Both the position numbers and the translations under genes were made by a program. The notes below the pieces were generated by a model, which saw only the letters and a program-made list of their open reading frames with translations, was not told where the DNA came from and made no database searches. Positions 46,068-58,613 of a stretch of DNA of 64,000 bases are shown piece after piece. The DNA comes from Anthoceros angustus (taxonomy: Eukaryota > Plantae > Anthocerotophyta): NCBI GenBank assembly GCA_010909165.1, contig VJWM01000126.1, forward strand, positions 372,001 through 436,000. Direction: 5' to 3'. Position 1 is the first letter of the stretch; each line of letters starts with the position of its first letter.

Positions 46068-46676
46068 TCAACCTCGTCCTCCTGGAGGTCGTCCCCGGAT
46101 CCTCGTCGTCGCTGTCATCCTTGTCTCCCTCAACCTCATGCTCATCCCCGTCCGTATCCTCATCCTCATCCCTGCATCCTCGTCGTCATCGTCATCGTCA
46201 TCCTCCCTCAACCTCATCCTCGTCCTCATCCTCATGCTCAAATCCTCGTCGTCGTCGTCGTCCTCCTCATCCTCATTCTCATTGGCCTCGTCCTCATGAG
46301 AAAATATATCACCTCTACAGATGGGACATGTGGAATGATTCCTTCTAATCCATCCCATCAAACATTGGTTGTGGAAAAGGTGACCACATGCATTCACCGC
46401 GATGATCTCTTGGTCTTTTAGAATAGGATCAAGACAAACATTACAATCTTTTGGCTCCTTGCCATCGTACTTATTGAGTGTCACATTTGCACCATTTAGC
46501 ATGTCCATTTTCACTTGACTCAAAGCCTTGTTAAACTGTCAAAATATATTTTGTCTTGTGTTATACTCATGTAACTATTCACTAGCTCTCATAATAAATA
46601 TGACATAAACATAGCATATATAGTAGTTTGAGATGCTTATATCTCAATAGTGGATAAAATTATATCATAGATCCAT
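46068..46676 (-). pseudogene. RING-H2 E3 ligase (ATL-like) pseudogene with acidic low-complexity tail
   Basis: Intact RING-H2: CNVC-x14-CGHLFHNQC-x11-CPIC. Upstream, the same frame has an ATG at 46676 and a hydrophobic stretch YYICYVYVIFIM but four in-frame stops (TGA, TGA, TAG, TGA). D/E-rich repeats continue to ~45720. Confidence 0.7.
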
Positions 46677-46789
46677 AGTAGTTGAATGGTGGTTTGGCAA
46701 TTAGAGTAGGCAAAACCTCAAAACTCAAGGAAAACTTTTAGATTTATCATATTAAAACCCTGTTTTTTATGTCCGAGTATTTGGGGGCT

Positions 46790-48040
46790 ATAGATCATTT
46801 GTATTGATATCGCAACTTCGCACAAGTTTATTGGCCATGGAGGCATCTACGCCGGCGGCCTTTCTCTGCCCCCATCCTAGCCTCTCGTTTGTTAATTCGC
46901 GCATCTTGGAGACCTTCGTCTCGGACGTTGAGGAGAGGGCCTTCCCCTTGCACGTGTCTTTGAGGATGGTTTGGAGATCTATATCCTCTAAGGCTAGGGC
47001 TGTCATGCGTCACTTTTCCTCGTTCTTCGAGGTTGAGTTGCGTGGGCTTTAAGCCTCCCTCCGAGAGAAGTAGTACGGGCAGGCGCTGCTGGCCCAGACT
47101 ACTTCCGTTTTCCTGGATTTCTCGATTTCCCAACCCACTCGAGCTCGGGGAAGGAAGCAGGTTCTTCGCTTCTGGCATGACTTTGCATCTAGGCTTTTTG
47201 AATCGCACCGGCTTTCTTTTTCTACCGCGACGAGGTTCCGCTTGGGTTTGGTCCAACCTTTGGCCTGCTCTCTCTTGGCATGTAGTTGTGGGGCCCCCCT
47301 CGATCACTCTGGGACCCACCTAGCTCGTTGCCCCACTAGCCGGCAGTGCATCGCTACGCATGACGCCGTCCGCGACGTCATGTTCTTGATGGCGAAGGAG
47401 AGCGGGTTCTTGCCCTATAGGGAGCGCCCACATACTCTGTTCAACGGCGTTCTCTCAGGGTTGATCTGCTTCTGGCCTGGGGGAACGAGGTTTTTATTGT
47501 GGATGTGGTTGTAACAAACCCTACTCGGGATACTGTTTGCGAGCATGTTATCATCAACCCTCCGGGTTCGCCGGCGGAGGGATGCGCGACAACAAAGGTT
47601 TACAAGTACTCACCCATACAAGAAGGCCACGCATTCATCCCCTTTGACATCGAGACTCACCCGGCCATGGGCAAGGATTTCTTCAAGTTCATCAAGGCCT
47701 GTGCCAAGGCTTTCCACAACCGTAAGAATGGGGTTGGTCTCCCGCTTTCTTGTGTGGTTGCTTTCTTTAGGCAACGAGTGTCCATCGCCTTGCAGAGGGT
47801 GTTGGCCAACACAGCGTACAGAATGGTAGCAAGTGTAGGGAACGCTGCATCTTTGGCACCAGTGGTATGTAGGCCCTTTCATATCCTAGACCACGACATT
47901 CTCGTAGAAGTAGGTAGTTTCAAGTGATCGCGGGAGCTAGTTCTCCCTGGCCTGGTGCCCTCTTGAGGGTTGTTCCCCTTCGTCTCGGGGTAAATAGGAT
48001 TTCCCATCTCTTTTTTCTTCTAGTCTCTTTCCCTCTCAAC
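46790..48040 (+). mobile_element. 5'-truncated CRE-clade (restriction-like endonuclease) non-LTR retrotransposon fragment
   Basis: FSTATRFRLGL; zinc-knuckle region CSCGAPLDHSGTHLARC..HDAVRD..ESG..RE; RLE core RVDLL..VDVVV..K..KY..FIPFDIET..MG; RQRVSIALQR. Stops and frameshifts present. Boundaries are approximate. Confidence 0.78.
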
Positions 48041-48870
48041 AAAGGTGAAATAGTAAGACTACACTAGTAGTTTGGCATCCTCAGTGATATAAGACCTAAA
48101 TGTGTTTTGGATGATCATTTGTTGCCGTTGGTTGAGGACCTCCTTTCTTGCAGCTAGGTGTATTGTAAAAATAAAAAAGTAATTTAATTTTCGCCAAGAA
48201 TTGTAGGCCCCTACGGTATGCAACAAGGGTACCAAAAGTATGGTCGTGATAGAGTCATGCAAGAGGTACCCGAACTGCGGAAACCGGAAGCAGCGACCGG
48301 CAGTGCAGCGCGTAGGTTAACGGTTAAGGGTGGCGCACGGCAACAGGCGATCATTATTGGGTTAGGGTTGGGTTGTTTAGAGAGAATATGCCCCATGTAG
48401 CGTGAGAGATGCCGCGGCCATTCCGAATGCGCGGGCCGAGAAATCCAACGACGGCGTCAAGCTCAAGCCACCAGCACCAGCCTGGCCGCACAAGAGCAAG
48501 GCCCCCGCTATCCGCCATGTGCGAAGGAAAGCCTGACAGGAAAGCCACATGTCGGCACCTGGGATCTCTTCTCCTGTATCCTGGTCTCCCTTGCACGTTG
48601 CCACAAAAGGAAACGAAGCAGCATCTCTGTGACGTGCGGGGCCCGAACCGCCTTCAACTTCTGACGTCCTCCTGCTGCTCGCCCTCGGGACGTATGAAAC
48701 CGAGCCTCCATGCTTTCTACGGCACCGGACGCGGCCGTCTCGATTCTACACTGCCCATGAAATTATCCACACCAGACTGGGCTGGGCTCGGGGGCGAGTC
48801 GGGGCTGGGCTGCTACCATCGTCAACTCCTTGCGTGGATATGGGATATGGGCATTGCTTCGGCTTCCTTA

Positions 48871-50395
48871 ATTGGGACAGTCTGCTGCGCAGCGTACGAG
48901 CCTATGGGAAATGGAGCCCGGGCTGCCGGTAGCCCGGGCCCCAATGGCGGTATGCACATGTGTCGTGCTCTGCAAGTGTACAATCATCAGCTGCCAATGT
49001 GATGCCGTGCCGTGACGGATGCACTACGCGTCAGTGCAAATCCTCATCACCTCGGGGCCGAGAATCGTTTACTGCAACTTGCTGGATGGAGAGGAGGAGC
49101 GGCTTCCGCGTTTTGTGGCATGCTATTCCGGACTGCAGGAGCCTGGGCCTGGGTCGGGCCAATGGAGGATGGTCTCACCTGAGACTTGACTCGGGGTCTG
49201 GCTGGTCTGACAGGGTTTCTTTGCCTGCTTCTCTGGGGAGACTGGGAGTTGTTTGCGAGTGGGACCGGAAGGGGGGACTGAGTGAACGGGGAGTGTGGGA
49301 GAGGAGGCATGTGTGAGCTCCGTGGTCCCTACCCAAGTTCCGCAATGGCCAATCAGGTTGCAAGCTTTGGAAGGATGCAGCGGGAGGAAGTCTGTGGTGC
49401 GTACACGACATCAGAGTACCTGGTGTAGGAATCTGCATCTTGGCGGGTTCGAGGTTCCTGCGGACAACACAGGCTGGAAGGTACTCGCGGATAACCCTAT
49501 CACACTGAGCCCGCCTTGGCTTGTGGGCACGCCGGAAGATGACCGACCACGAGGGATCACCAGATTGGCTGGAGTCGTTCTTTATTCGTCACCCAGTCAG
49601 ATCACTGGAACTGAATTATTATGTATTGGGACAGTCTGCTGCAGCGTACGAGCCTATGGGAAATGGAGCCCGGGCTGCCGGTAGCCCGGGCCCCAATGGC
49701 ATGTGTCGTGCTCTGCAAGTGTACAATCATCAGCTGCCAATGTGATGCCGTGCCGTGACGGATGCACTACGCGTCAGTGCAAATCCTCATCACCTCGGGG
49801 CCGAGAATCGTTTACTGCAACTTGCTGGATGGAGAGGAGGAGCGGCTTCCGCGTTTTGTGGCATGCTATTCCGGACTGCAGGAGCCTGGGCCTGGGTCGG
49901 GCCAATGGAGGATGGTCTCTCACTCCGAGACTTGACTCGGGGTCTCGGCTGGTCTGACAGGGTTTCTTTGCCTGCTTCTCTCTGGGGAGACTGGGAGTTG
50001 TTTGCGAGTGGGACCGGAAGGGGGGACTGAGTGAACGGGGAGTGTGGGGAGAGGAGGCATGTGTGAGCTCCCGTGGTCCCTACCCAAGTTCCGCAATGGC
50101 CAATCAGGTTGCAAGCTTTGGAAGGATGCAGCGGGGAGGAAGTCTGTGGTGCGTACACGACATCAGAGTACCTGGTGTAGGAATCTGCATCGGTTGGCCC
50201 GCGGGTTCGAGGCCCCTGCGGGACAACACAGGCTGGAAGGTACTCGCGGATAACCCTATCACACCGAGCCCGCCTTGGCTTGTGGGCACGCCGGAAGATG
50301 ACCGACCACGAGGGATCACCAGATTGGCTGGAGTCGTTCTTTATTCGTCACCCAGTCAGATCACTGGAACTGGAATTATTATGTATTGGGGACAG
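48871..50395. repeat. 754-bp tandem duplication bounded by ATTGGG(G)ACAGT microhomology
   Basis: Copies start at 48871 and 49625; the motif recurs at 50385. The copies differ mainly by small indels. Confidence 0.93.
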
Positions 50396-50687
50396 TATTC
50401 CACCGTCAGACAGGGAAACATGTCGCATGAGCAGGGCAGTCTTCTCTTTTGTCATTCTGGCCCTGCATGGCCACAGAGCATCTGGCTCACTTTCCAAGTC
50501 AAAGGCTCATAAAACAATTTCCAAGAGGCAAGGATTCGAGGAAGGAGCTGAGTGCTGCGAACAGACCTCTGCTGCTTGCTCTCTGTCGAGGTTCCCGTGG
50601 GTTCACTTCACGTGTGCTGTATGCAGGTCTCGCCCTGTACTGTTGAGGACGGTTCTCAGAGTTGGGCACAAGTTGATGTGACCCACT

Positions 50688-53149
50688 TCACCAGTTGCTT
50701 AACTGCGTGGCCACACTCTTCTCTCGTTGATGGTAACTGGTGTGCAGGATTTGGAGCGCTCTGGGGGACCCAGGGTAATCTAGCCACTGATCATACAGGC
50801 CTCTAGCGACCAGATTGTCAAAAGGGTCTCTCGACTCAACCTGCAGGACATGACGTTCAAATGACATCACGGAAGACCCCTCCAGTACAGATTATGTTTC
50901 AATGGGCGCTGACTAGCATACCTCTTTCAGGTAGGCGCTCTCAAGATTCTGAATCACATCCTTGAACGACTGGCCCTTCTTTGCCTTGATTTGCCCACCC
51001 CCGTTCAAGCAACCTGTAACGTCCAAAGTGAAAAGGAAGCATAAGAAGGCGACTTTGAAGCCAAGTAGCACTCACATGCTCCCAGGAAGACCCACACCTG
51101 AAGGACAAGCCATGATCTCCACAAATTGGTATTCACACTTCCCCGTCTTGATCTTTCGAACCAAGTTCTGGATGTTGCGGAAACCATACGCACAAGCGAA
51201 TCTCAGCACTGTTTTTCCATCCACCTGAGAGCATTGCAGACATAACATTGTTGAAACTAGACCATAAACGTTACACAGGGATAGAGGGTTCAGTGGATGA
51301 GCGAACGGCAGATAGCATACCTCGAGGCTGATCTCTCGAAAATCAGCGTTGCGAAGCGTTTTGTACTCCAAAGGGCCAGGTAATTCTTTCTGAAAGAGGA
51401 CTCGAGCTGCATAGCGGAATATAGTGTCTGCGTAGCTACCAGATCCACCCGGAACTCCATACAAGTGGCCATGTTCATCCACATTGCTCAGCCTGCTCAG
51501 GACACCCACTGACATCATTTACCTATGTCATTTTGCAGCACAAGCAAATTGTGCACCAACCATACGAGGCATTGTAAGGGGTAAACATACATCTTGTCGA
51601 TGGGAACCTCCTCCAACAACGAAAAGTCCACATTTCTTGCCTGTCCATGAGAAGCTCCATTTTAAAAGACTGCAGGCTATATCAATAACAAAATGCATAC
51701 ACGAACTCTGGTCATTGCGATTGGGAGGAGTCGATCACCTTGAACAAGTCCAAGATCTCCCCAGAAGTTAAGACACAGTCCACCTCGGTCATGAGTGGGC
51801 CAGCTGCCGCAGTACCAGTTTCCCCTTCTCGTTCGATGGAGAAGATGAAGTCGTCGCGAGAAGCCTCCAATTTTTTGTCATAACACGGCATCACAGTGAC
51901 ATGATAGACATCTTCTGGCCTGTGAACATTCAGAGGACTTACAACTAGCCATGAAAGCTTCTACAACAGGCTTCAACGGTTGAAACATCCACAAAACGGG
52001 CTCCCTGAGGAGGCAAGCCTTACTTGAGGCCCAGTGTGTGGCACGCGTGGCGCTTGATTATCGCACCCATAACCTGCTGTGGACTCTTCACTGTGCTTAT
52101 GTACGGCACAATCTCTGAGCCGTGAGTTTTCTCTGCGTAGCAAATCCATCCTGCAAGGAAAAGCAAAAAAATCAACACAGAGACAACAACCTCTCAGGTT
52201 GTGTTTCTTCAAGGTTCTAATCTCGAAACCTGTTTGCAGATGCAAACTAACAAACCGCAAGGAAGGAAAGCTGATTTAGCCAAACAAAATAGTCAGCACA
52301 GACCTGGACATGCGGAGGCAAGGATGGAAAGGACCGGGTAGCTGCATCTTGGCCCTCAGCATTTCCCAAGCTCTTGTAACGGGTGACAAATTCTTCACAC
52401 ACTTCAATCAAAGACAGATCTCGACTGAAACTCGTATCAAACACAGCTTTAACCCCCAACGACTTCAGAAACCCTGTGATTCTCTGGAAAGCCTGCAACA
52501 ACAGATCAAAAAGTCAACAACTCCATACTACCAACAGGTCTGCTCTGCTACCTGAACCTGCCATCTACATGAGACATTACCGCCAGTGGCGTTAGGTCGA
52601 AATAAGCTGCCAATGATGCCCGTGACTGTGGAGACAAAGACACAACCACGGTCTTCTCCTTGCTCTCCAGCTGGTTCACAAACTCATCCACACTTTGCTG
52701 CTCAAGCATCACAGTCTCCGCTGATGTTATACAGCCACTGCACAAGAACATGACTCAGTCGAGCAAAGCCGGCTGCCTTACGACATCCATCCATCCATCC
52801 CATCCACCGCCCAAAGTACCTGCAAGCTAGGCAGTCGTGCAGTGTGACTTTCACAGGCTCGGATGCTTCAGCCTGCTCAAATTCCAGAGGCCGGGGTGGC
52901 TTTTGCAAATGCCCATTCTGCTCATCACCAATTGACAGGCACATCTTCCTCCAGTCAGCACCATCCTCATGGGCATGAAACACAGCCTCAGAAAGTAAAC
53001 CCACAAACCGAAATAAGGCGAAACGGAGGCGGAATGTTACCTCGGTGGATTCTTGAGCCGGAGTTCAACGACACGACGCATGCTTGCGACGGGGCAATGT
53101 AGTCGTTCAAGTCTCCTAGCTTCAACGCCGCAGACAACTTCCCACTCAT
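50688..53149 (-). CDS. NAR1: Cytosolic Fe-S cluster assembly factor NAR1/GOLLUM (Fe-only hydrogenase-like), multi-exon
   Basis: [25 protein letters not shown]; [18 protein letters not shown]; [10 protein letters not shown]; [12 protein letters not shown]; [14 protein letters not shown]; EIMACPSG; LHTSYH. Confidence 0.95.
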
Positions 53150-53202
53150 ATCTAAGATCTGAACCTCCAGGCCCTGGTCTGGCGACAAATCCGTGATCAC
53201 CC

Positions 53203-53280
53203 AAAAATTCTCGGCAACAAATCCTCAGCACCTGTCAAATTCTTGGCAACAAATCCTCAGCACCAGCCAAATTCTCGGCA
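53203..53280. repeat. 32-bp tandem repeat (~2.5 copies) in the NAR1/MAP1A divergent intergenic region
   Basis: AAATTCT(C/T)GGCAACAAATCCTCAGCACC repeated. Confidence 0.85.
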
Positions 53281-53839
53281 GTTCATGCCGGAAGCACAAT
53301 CAGGCCAGGCGGGGAGAGGGTGGATTCAGTAAATTTTGTGGGCTTCTACGTGTATGAGGCCTTTGTTTTCACCGACACCTGGTACGGGAGACTTTAACCA
53401 GAGACTTTACTAGTGACGCCAACATTTATTTAGGAGGAAGCTTCTGGGAAATTGGTTCCCGAGTGGGACTCCGGATGCTTGTCTGGGACGGGAATCTGCG
53501 TAACGGGACGTTGGTTGTGGAGGATGTGGATGGCATGCAATCTGTTAGGTTGATGAGCTGGTGTTGGGGATCGATATCGTGTTTGCGCTGTGGAGCTTGC
53601 TTCCGTGGAGCCGATTGAGTAAGTTGCTTGCGGGCCGTGATTCCCAGCGACTGTTGATCGCTTGGCAGGTTATGGTGGGGATGACTGCGGAGTTGTTTGA
53701 GCTGGGTGGTTGTACGCTTTGGAAACCCTAAGTTTCAATGATCCTGATCATGTCATGATGTGCTCCATGATGTGCTTCAGGCTTTTGCGTCTACGTCATG
53801 GTGGTGGTTCGTGACATAGCACGCGAAGTTGATACCATA

Positions 53840-56555
53840 ATGGGAGAGGAGAGCAGCAAAGTGGACATGGACAGTTCCTCTGTCAGCAATGAGTCAAAGC
53901 TGGCATGTGTTCGTTGCAGCAAAGTCGCTAATTTGCAGTAAGTTTCCTGGATGATGCCCGTTGTGGGACAGTGAATGCCTGATTCGCTGCTGCTAGGGCA
54001 GGAATCCGTGAATTGCTTCATGTAGTATAGACGTTGCGTGAGAAGTGGTTCTGAAATTCGTTTCTCTGTTTTTCAGATGCCCAAAGTGCGTGGAGCTGAA
54101 GTTGCCTCGTGTGAATGCTGCTTTTTGGTAATTGAAATGCTTGAATTTCTTCCGTGCTAGACCCTCTTTTGAAAATGTTTTTGCGACTGTCGTGCTCATG
54201 TGTATTGTTGTACCTTTCACTCAATGCTCGTGCTTCTGGGACTCTGTTAGCTCACAGGCCTGTTTCAAGGATGCATGGAGCTCACATAAAGCTGTTCATG
54301 CTGAGGCCAAGCAGCAAGCGCTGCGGGCCTCAAGTCCTGAGGATCAGGTGACACAAGCCCTAGCAAGGGGTTGGATGTATTGCCTGCGCAAAGGCCAAAC
54401 TCGCACAGGCCAGCTACCTTTTTACGATTACACTGGGTGAGTGTGTAAAGCAGAATTCGGTGTACTCTTAAATTTCATTTTGGTGGGAGTGCAGTGTATT
54501 CACGTCCATTGCTCTTTGATGACAGCCCTTTACGGCCGTACCCTATTTCTCCAAGGCGTCTTGTACCAGAGAAAATTCTTCGACCAGACTGGGCCTCCAC
54601 TGTGGGTTTTACAAGCGATGGCACATTTTTCTGCAGTGTCTGTGGTCGCTTCCAAATTTTCAGTTGTTTTGTCAGTCTTGCTGAAAGTTCTCACTATATT
54701 TCCTCCAAACTGCAGGAAGGCCAAAAGCTGAGCTGGATAGTGAGTGGCAAAATAGTGTGGAGGTATATGGGATGCTTAGCTTTTCTGTCAACTGGTTAGC
54801 ACATGTTTGGTTGGAGTTTGACATTCTGCTCTTGTGCTTGCTGCTTGCGAAGATTAAAACGCCTGAGCAAATTGAGAAGATGCGGAAAACTTCACGGGTA
54901 CAGCAGCTCATTTGTGCACGTTTTTGGAGATGTTTAAAGGACTGCAAAAGAACTTAGCCAGTTCTTTCGCTTTGCAAGGTTGCTCGTGAGGTATTGGATG
55001 CAGCTGCGAGGGCCATCAGGCCAGGGATTACAACTGATGAAATTGATGAGATTGTTCACGAGGCTACTATTGCAGCAGGTAAAGTGGACACTAGAATTAT
55101 GAGTATGAGAAGTCGATAAGCTTTAAGGATGAAGTCTGATGATATCTGTTTGCGATGTCCAGGTGGATACCCATCTCCTCTGAACTATCACTTTTTCCCT
55201 AAGTCATGCTGCACGTATGTATTCCTGTCTTTACATTTCAGCCTCTGAGGTATTGTGTGTTGTTAGTTCGGTGTTGCCGTTGGAATTCTTGTGTTGGTTG
55301 CCTTTACAAATCTAGCTCCAATTCTTGCAATTGATAGCTCTTGTCTAAATCCTTTGTGCAGATCAGTGAATGAAGTTATCTGCCATGGCATCCCTGATGC
55401 AAGGTATCGAATGTATCTTTGGCAACTTTTCCAGCTGAGACATGGATGTAGAGGTCTTTTCCTTCGGCAGTTGCTTAACCTTGTCCTTCTATCATCAGGC
55501 GACTGGAAGACGGTGATATCGTGAATGTGGATGTTACTGTGTACATGAATGGCTATCATGGTAATACCCTAAATCTGTTCCTTTCAATACCAAGTTATTT
55601 ACTTTCAAGTCAGTCTCAAGCTCTCTTTGTCTTTGAACTCCATGCTGCTTATCTTACGGCATCACTTTCTATTTCCTGACCGTTCAGGAGACCTTAATGA
55701 AACGTTCTTCGTCGGGAATGTGGATGAGGCATCCAGGAACCTTGTGCGGTGTACCTACGAGTGCTTGGATAGGGCTATTGCCATTGGTACGTAGCTAGCT
55801 GGTCCCTAATCCCTTGCAGGAAGGGTTATAGGTCGCGGCAAATTGCAATCGTGTTGTTGATACAATCGTTCAATGCTGTTATACCAGTGAAGCCAGGAGT
55901 GAGATACCGTGAAGTTGGTGAAGTAATACAAAGACATGCAAGTTTGGCTGGGTTTTCGGTGGTAAGGAAGACTGAACTTGCCCTCTTGCGATTGAGTGGC
56001 ATGGGAATGACACCACCTGCAGAATGCTTTTGCCTGCTGATGCTAAAGTTTACATACATCCGTTTTTTGGCCTTGTTCAGGTAAAATCGTATTGCGGGCA
56101 TGGCATAGGCGAGCTCTTCCACTGTGCTCCCAATATTCCCCATTATTCACGAAACAAGGCTGTTGGTGTGATGAAGGCTGGGCAAACTTTCACCATCGAA
56201 CCCATGATCAACGCAGGTGAGATGCCTCATACAGTGTTGTTGTCTAATAGGCCTGCTCTCAAGTAAGCCTGCCATTCTTGACAAGACAAACCGGGGAATC
56301 ACGCTGCAGGGGTTTGGCGCGATCGGATGTGGCCAGACGGCTGGACTGCTGTGACGACCGATGGGAAGCGCAGTGCCCAGTTTGAGCATACCCTTCTGGT
56401 GAGTCCACCATCCACGTTGCCTCCATTCCTTCCACAGCATAGCTAGCCCAACTCACACCATGGCTGGGTTCTGGCAGGTGACAGATACAGGCTGTGAGGT
56501 CCTAACCGCCCGCCTCCCCGCGTCCCCTGATGTGTTCCCTTGGCTATCCGCGTAA
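53840..56555 (+). CDS. MAP1A: Methionine aminopeptidase 1A (cytosolic, N-terminal zinc finger), multi-exon
   Basis: [33 protein letters not shown]; [12 protein letters not shown]; DIVNVDVT; [14 protein letters not shown]; [10 protein letters not shown]; SAQFEHTLL. Confidence 0.95.
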
Positions 56556-57537
56556 GCAAAGCCGCTGTTGCGAGCACAACACCATCAATCCCATTCTTGT
56601 CGGTGGACATAATTCTTCCTTCTAAAAGGCTGCCATTCTGGCGGGTTGGGCAAAGTCTCAGACTCCTTCACCTTCATGTAATTCTCCTCCAATTACCATA
56701 CCACAGGCTGCCGCAGTCTGCTGGTCTTGTTGCAATCTGGTCCAGATCCCCCAACTACTCATCGCCCCAACAAACGTGAACTCCAGTACACAGCCAAAAG
56801 GCAAGCCAAGCCACCTAAAGGAGCCACACGGCCATGGCAGACTGGAGGTGAGGGAATCCGTGACGCCAGGGTCTGGATCTGGGCCCCTCCCGAGGCCGCA
56901 CTTTCTGTCTAATTGTCAGCAACAGGACATGGAGAATCGCAGCAGGTGATATTCAGCTGGGCCCTGCCTCCGGTTCGATCGTGATCCTAGAGCTGTTGCT
57001 GAGTCAGGGAACCCCATGCTACGTACACACTCTCCCCTTGCTCTTCATTCCATCCCCAGAAGTGGAAGTGGGTCCGTTGAGTGCAGTCGTGAATGTCCCT
57101 GGTGTCGTACAAGCACGCAAGTATGGTCCAGGCCCGTCCAACGAGCCCCGTCTCCCACATGCTGATTGTGGCTGCGCTCTGATGGCCTTTGTGCATCAGC
57201 CCGATGCGATGCGATGCGTTGCCCTGCCTTGCCCTCTCTCTCCGTTCTCGACCTCCCCCATGTCCCTCCTTCCCACTCTCTCATCGTCGGCCCTGTGCCG
57301 CATCCCAAGGCGATTGGATTTGCCCCCGCTCCCCCTGCGCCTATTTCAGCTCCCACTCCATCCCCATCTCCATCCCCATCCCCATCCCATCGCCTCCTGC
57401 ATTGCCGGCATCTCTGCCTCCCTGTCTCCCCCTGCACTGCAAGGGCCTCCAGGCTTGTCCTTGGCTTCGAGAGACTTGGTCTCCTTTCCTTTTTCTTTCT
57501 CCTGGCCCGCTAGGCGTTCTTGGTGTTGGTTCTCAGC

Positions 57538-57771
57538 ATGGGGCAGTGCTTCTCCACGGACAAGCGGCGGAAATCCAAGATGAAAGTGAGTAGGATGGGC
57601 GGGACCTCCTCCAGCGCGCTCTTCGACGGGGCCGAGGACAGCGCCGGGGCGGCCCCCTGTCAGCCTCCCATGAACAGGTGCTTTGCCATCGTGAGGCAGC
57701 AAAGGGCGCGGTTTTACATCATCCGCCGATGCGTCACCATGCTTCTCTGCTGGCACGACCATGAGCTCTAA
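57538..57771 (+). CDS. RTFL: DEVIL/ROTUNDIFOLIA4-like (DVL/RTFL) small peptide, 77 aa
   Basis: C-terminal RTF domain [27 protein letters not shown]; N-terminus MGQC. Confidence 0.92.
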   Translation: MGQCFSTDKRRKSKMKVSRMGGTSSSALFDGAEDSAGAAPCQPPMNRCFAIVRQQRARFYIIRRCVTMLLCWHDHEL

Positions 57772-58613
57772 AGATGAAGGCGTTCTTGAATTGAAGTGAC
57801 GAGAAGTGAAGAGAAGCGAAGTGAAGGGAAGCAAGGAGGAAGAGGAAGAGCAAGAGCAAGCGTCAGCTTCCGCCATTCCCTGCTCTTCTGAGAAAGTGTG
57901 GCTCCCAGTGCCAGCTTCCCGGTTGCACAGGATTCCAAGCCCTGTCGGATCAAGACTGTATGCAACTGGCTGTCCGGGGCTCGGCTCGAGACTGGGGGGA
58001 AGCCAGCAATGCTTCTTCCCGGCATCCGGGCCTCCGACGAGAATAAGGCGACTGTCCGAAAGGGAAAGGAAGGTTGTAATCGTGTAGATGCCATGGCTGC
58101 TAGAGAGCCGAGCACAAGCACAGCAGCTACTAGGCAGTACGCAAGTTTGTTGCTCCATGGCCAGGTGATGGTGTGATCACCGTCGCTGCCACTCATGGCT
58201 ACCTCTTACCTTGATTTGTCCATGTGGATTGCGCGATTGCGCTGAAATGTCTCGGAATTGCCGATGCGGCATCCCGAGTACAGAGAATTCAAACTGTAAA
58301 TTCTTGCGAGTTGGTGATGTGTTGGTGTTGGTGTGGCTTTGCGAGTGGGTGTGATGTTTTGCACGAGGATGCATTATCGTGGCATTTAGCACGGTGTCCG
58401 TCTTTCACGCATCCTTTGTGATTCGAGGAACTCCTGGAGAGAACGTTGGATGGCATTGCACGATATTCCAAGAAGACTAGATAAGCAGAGCAGTTTCTTG
58501 ATCGCAGTAGAGAAGGCTGTCTCTTGAGAACCTGGACATGGTGCCAGACACGTTTTATTAAACACTCCAAGATCACATCTGCCTGGTGATATTGCGAGAG
58601 CTGGTTGTCCTAA

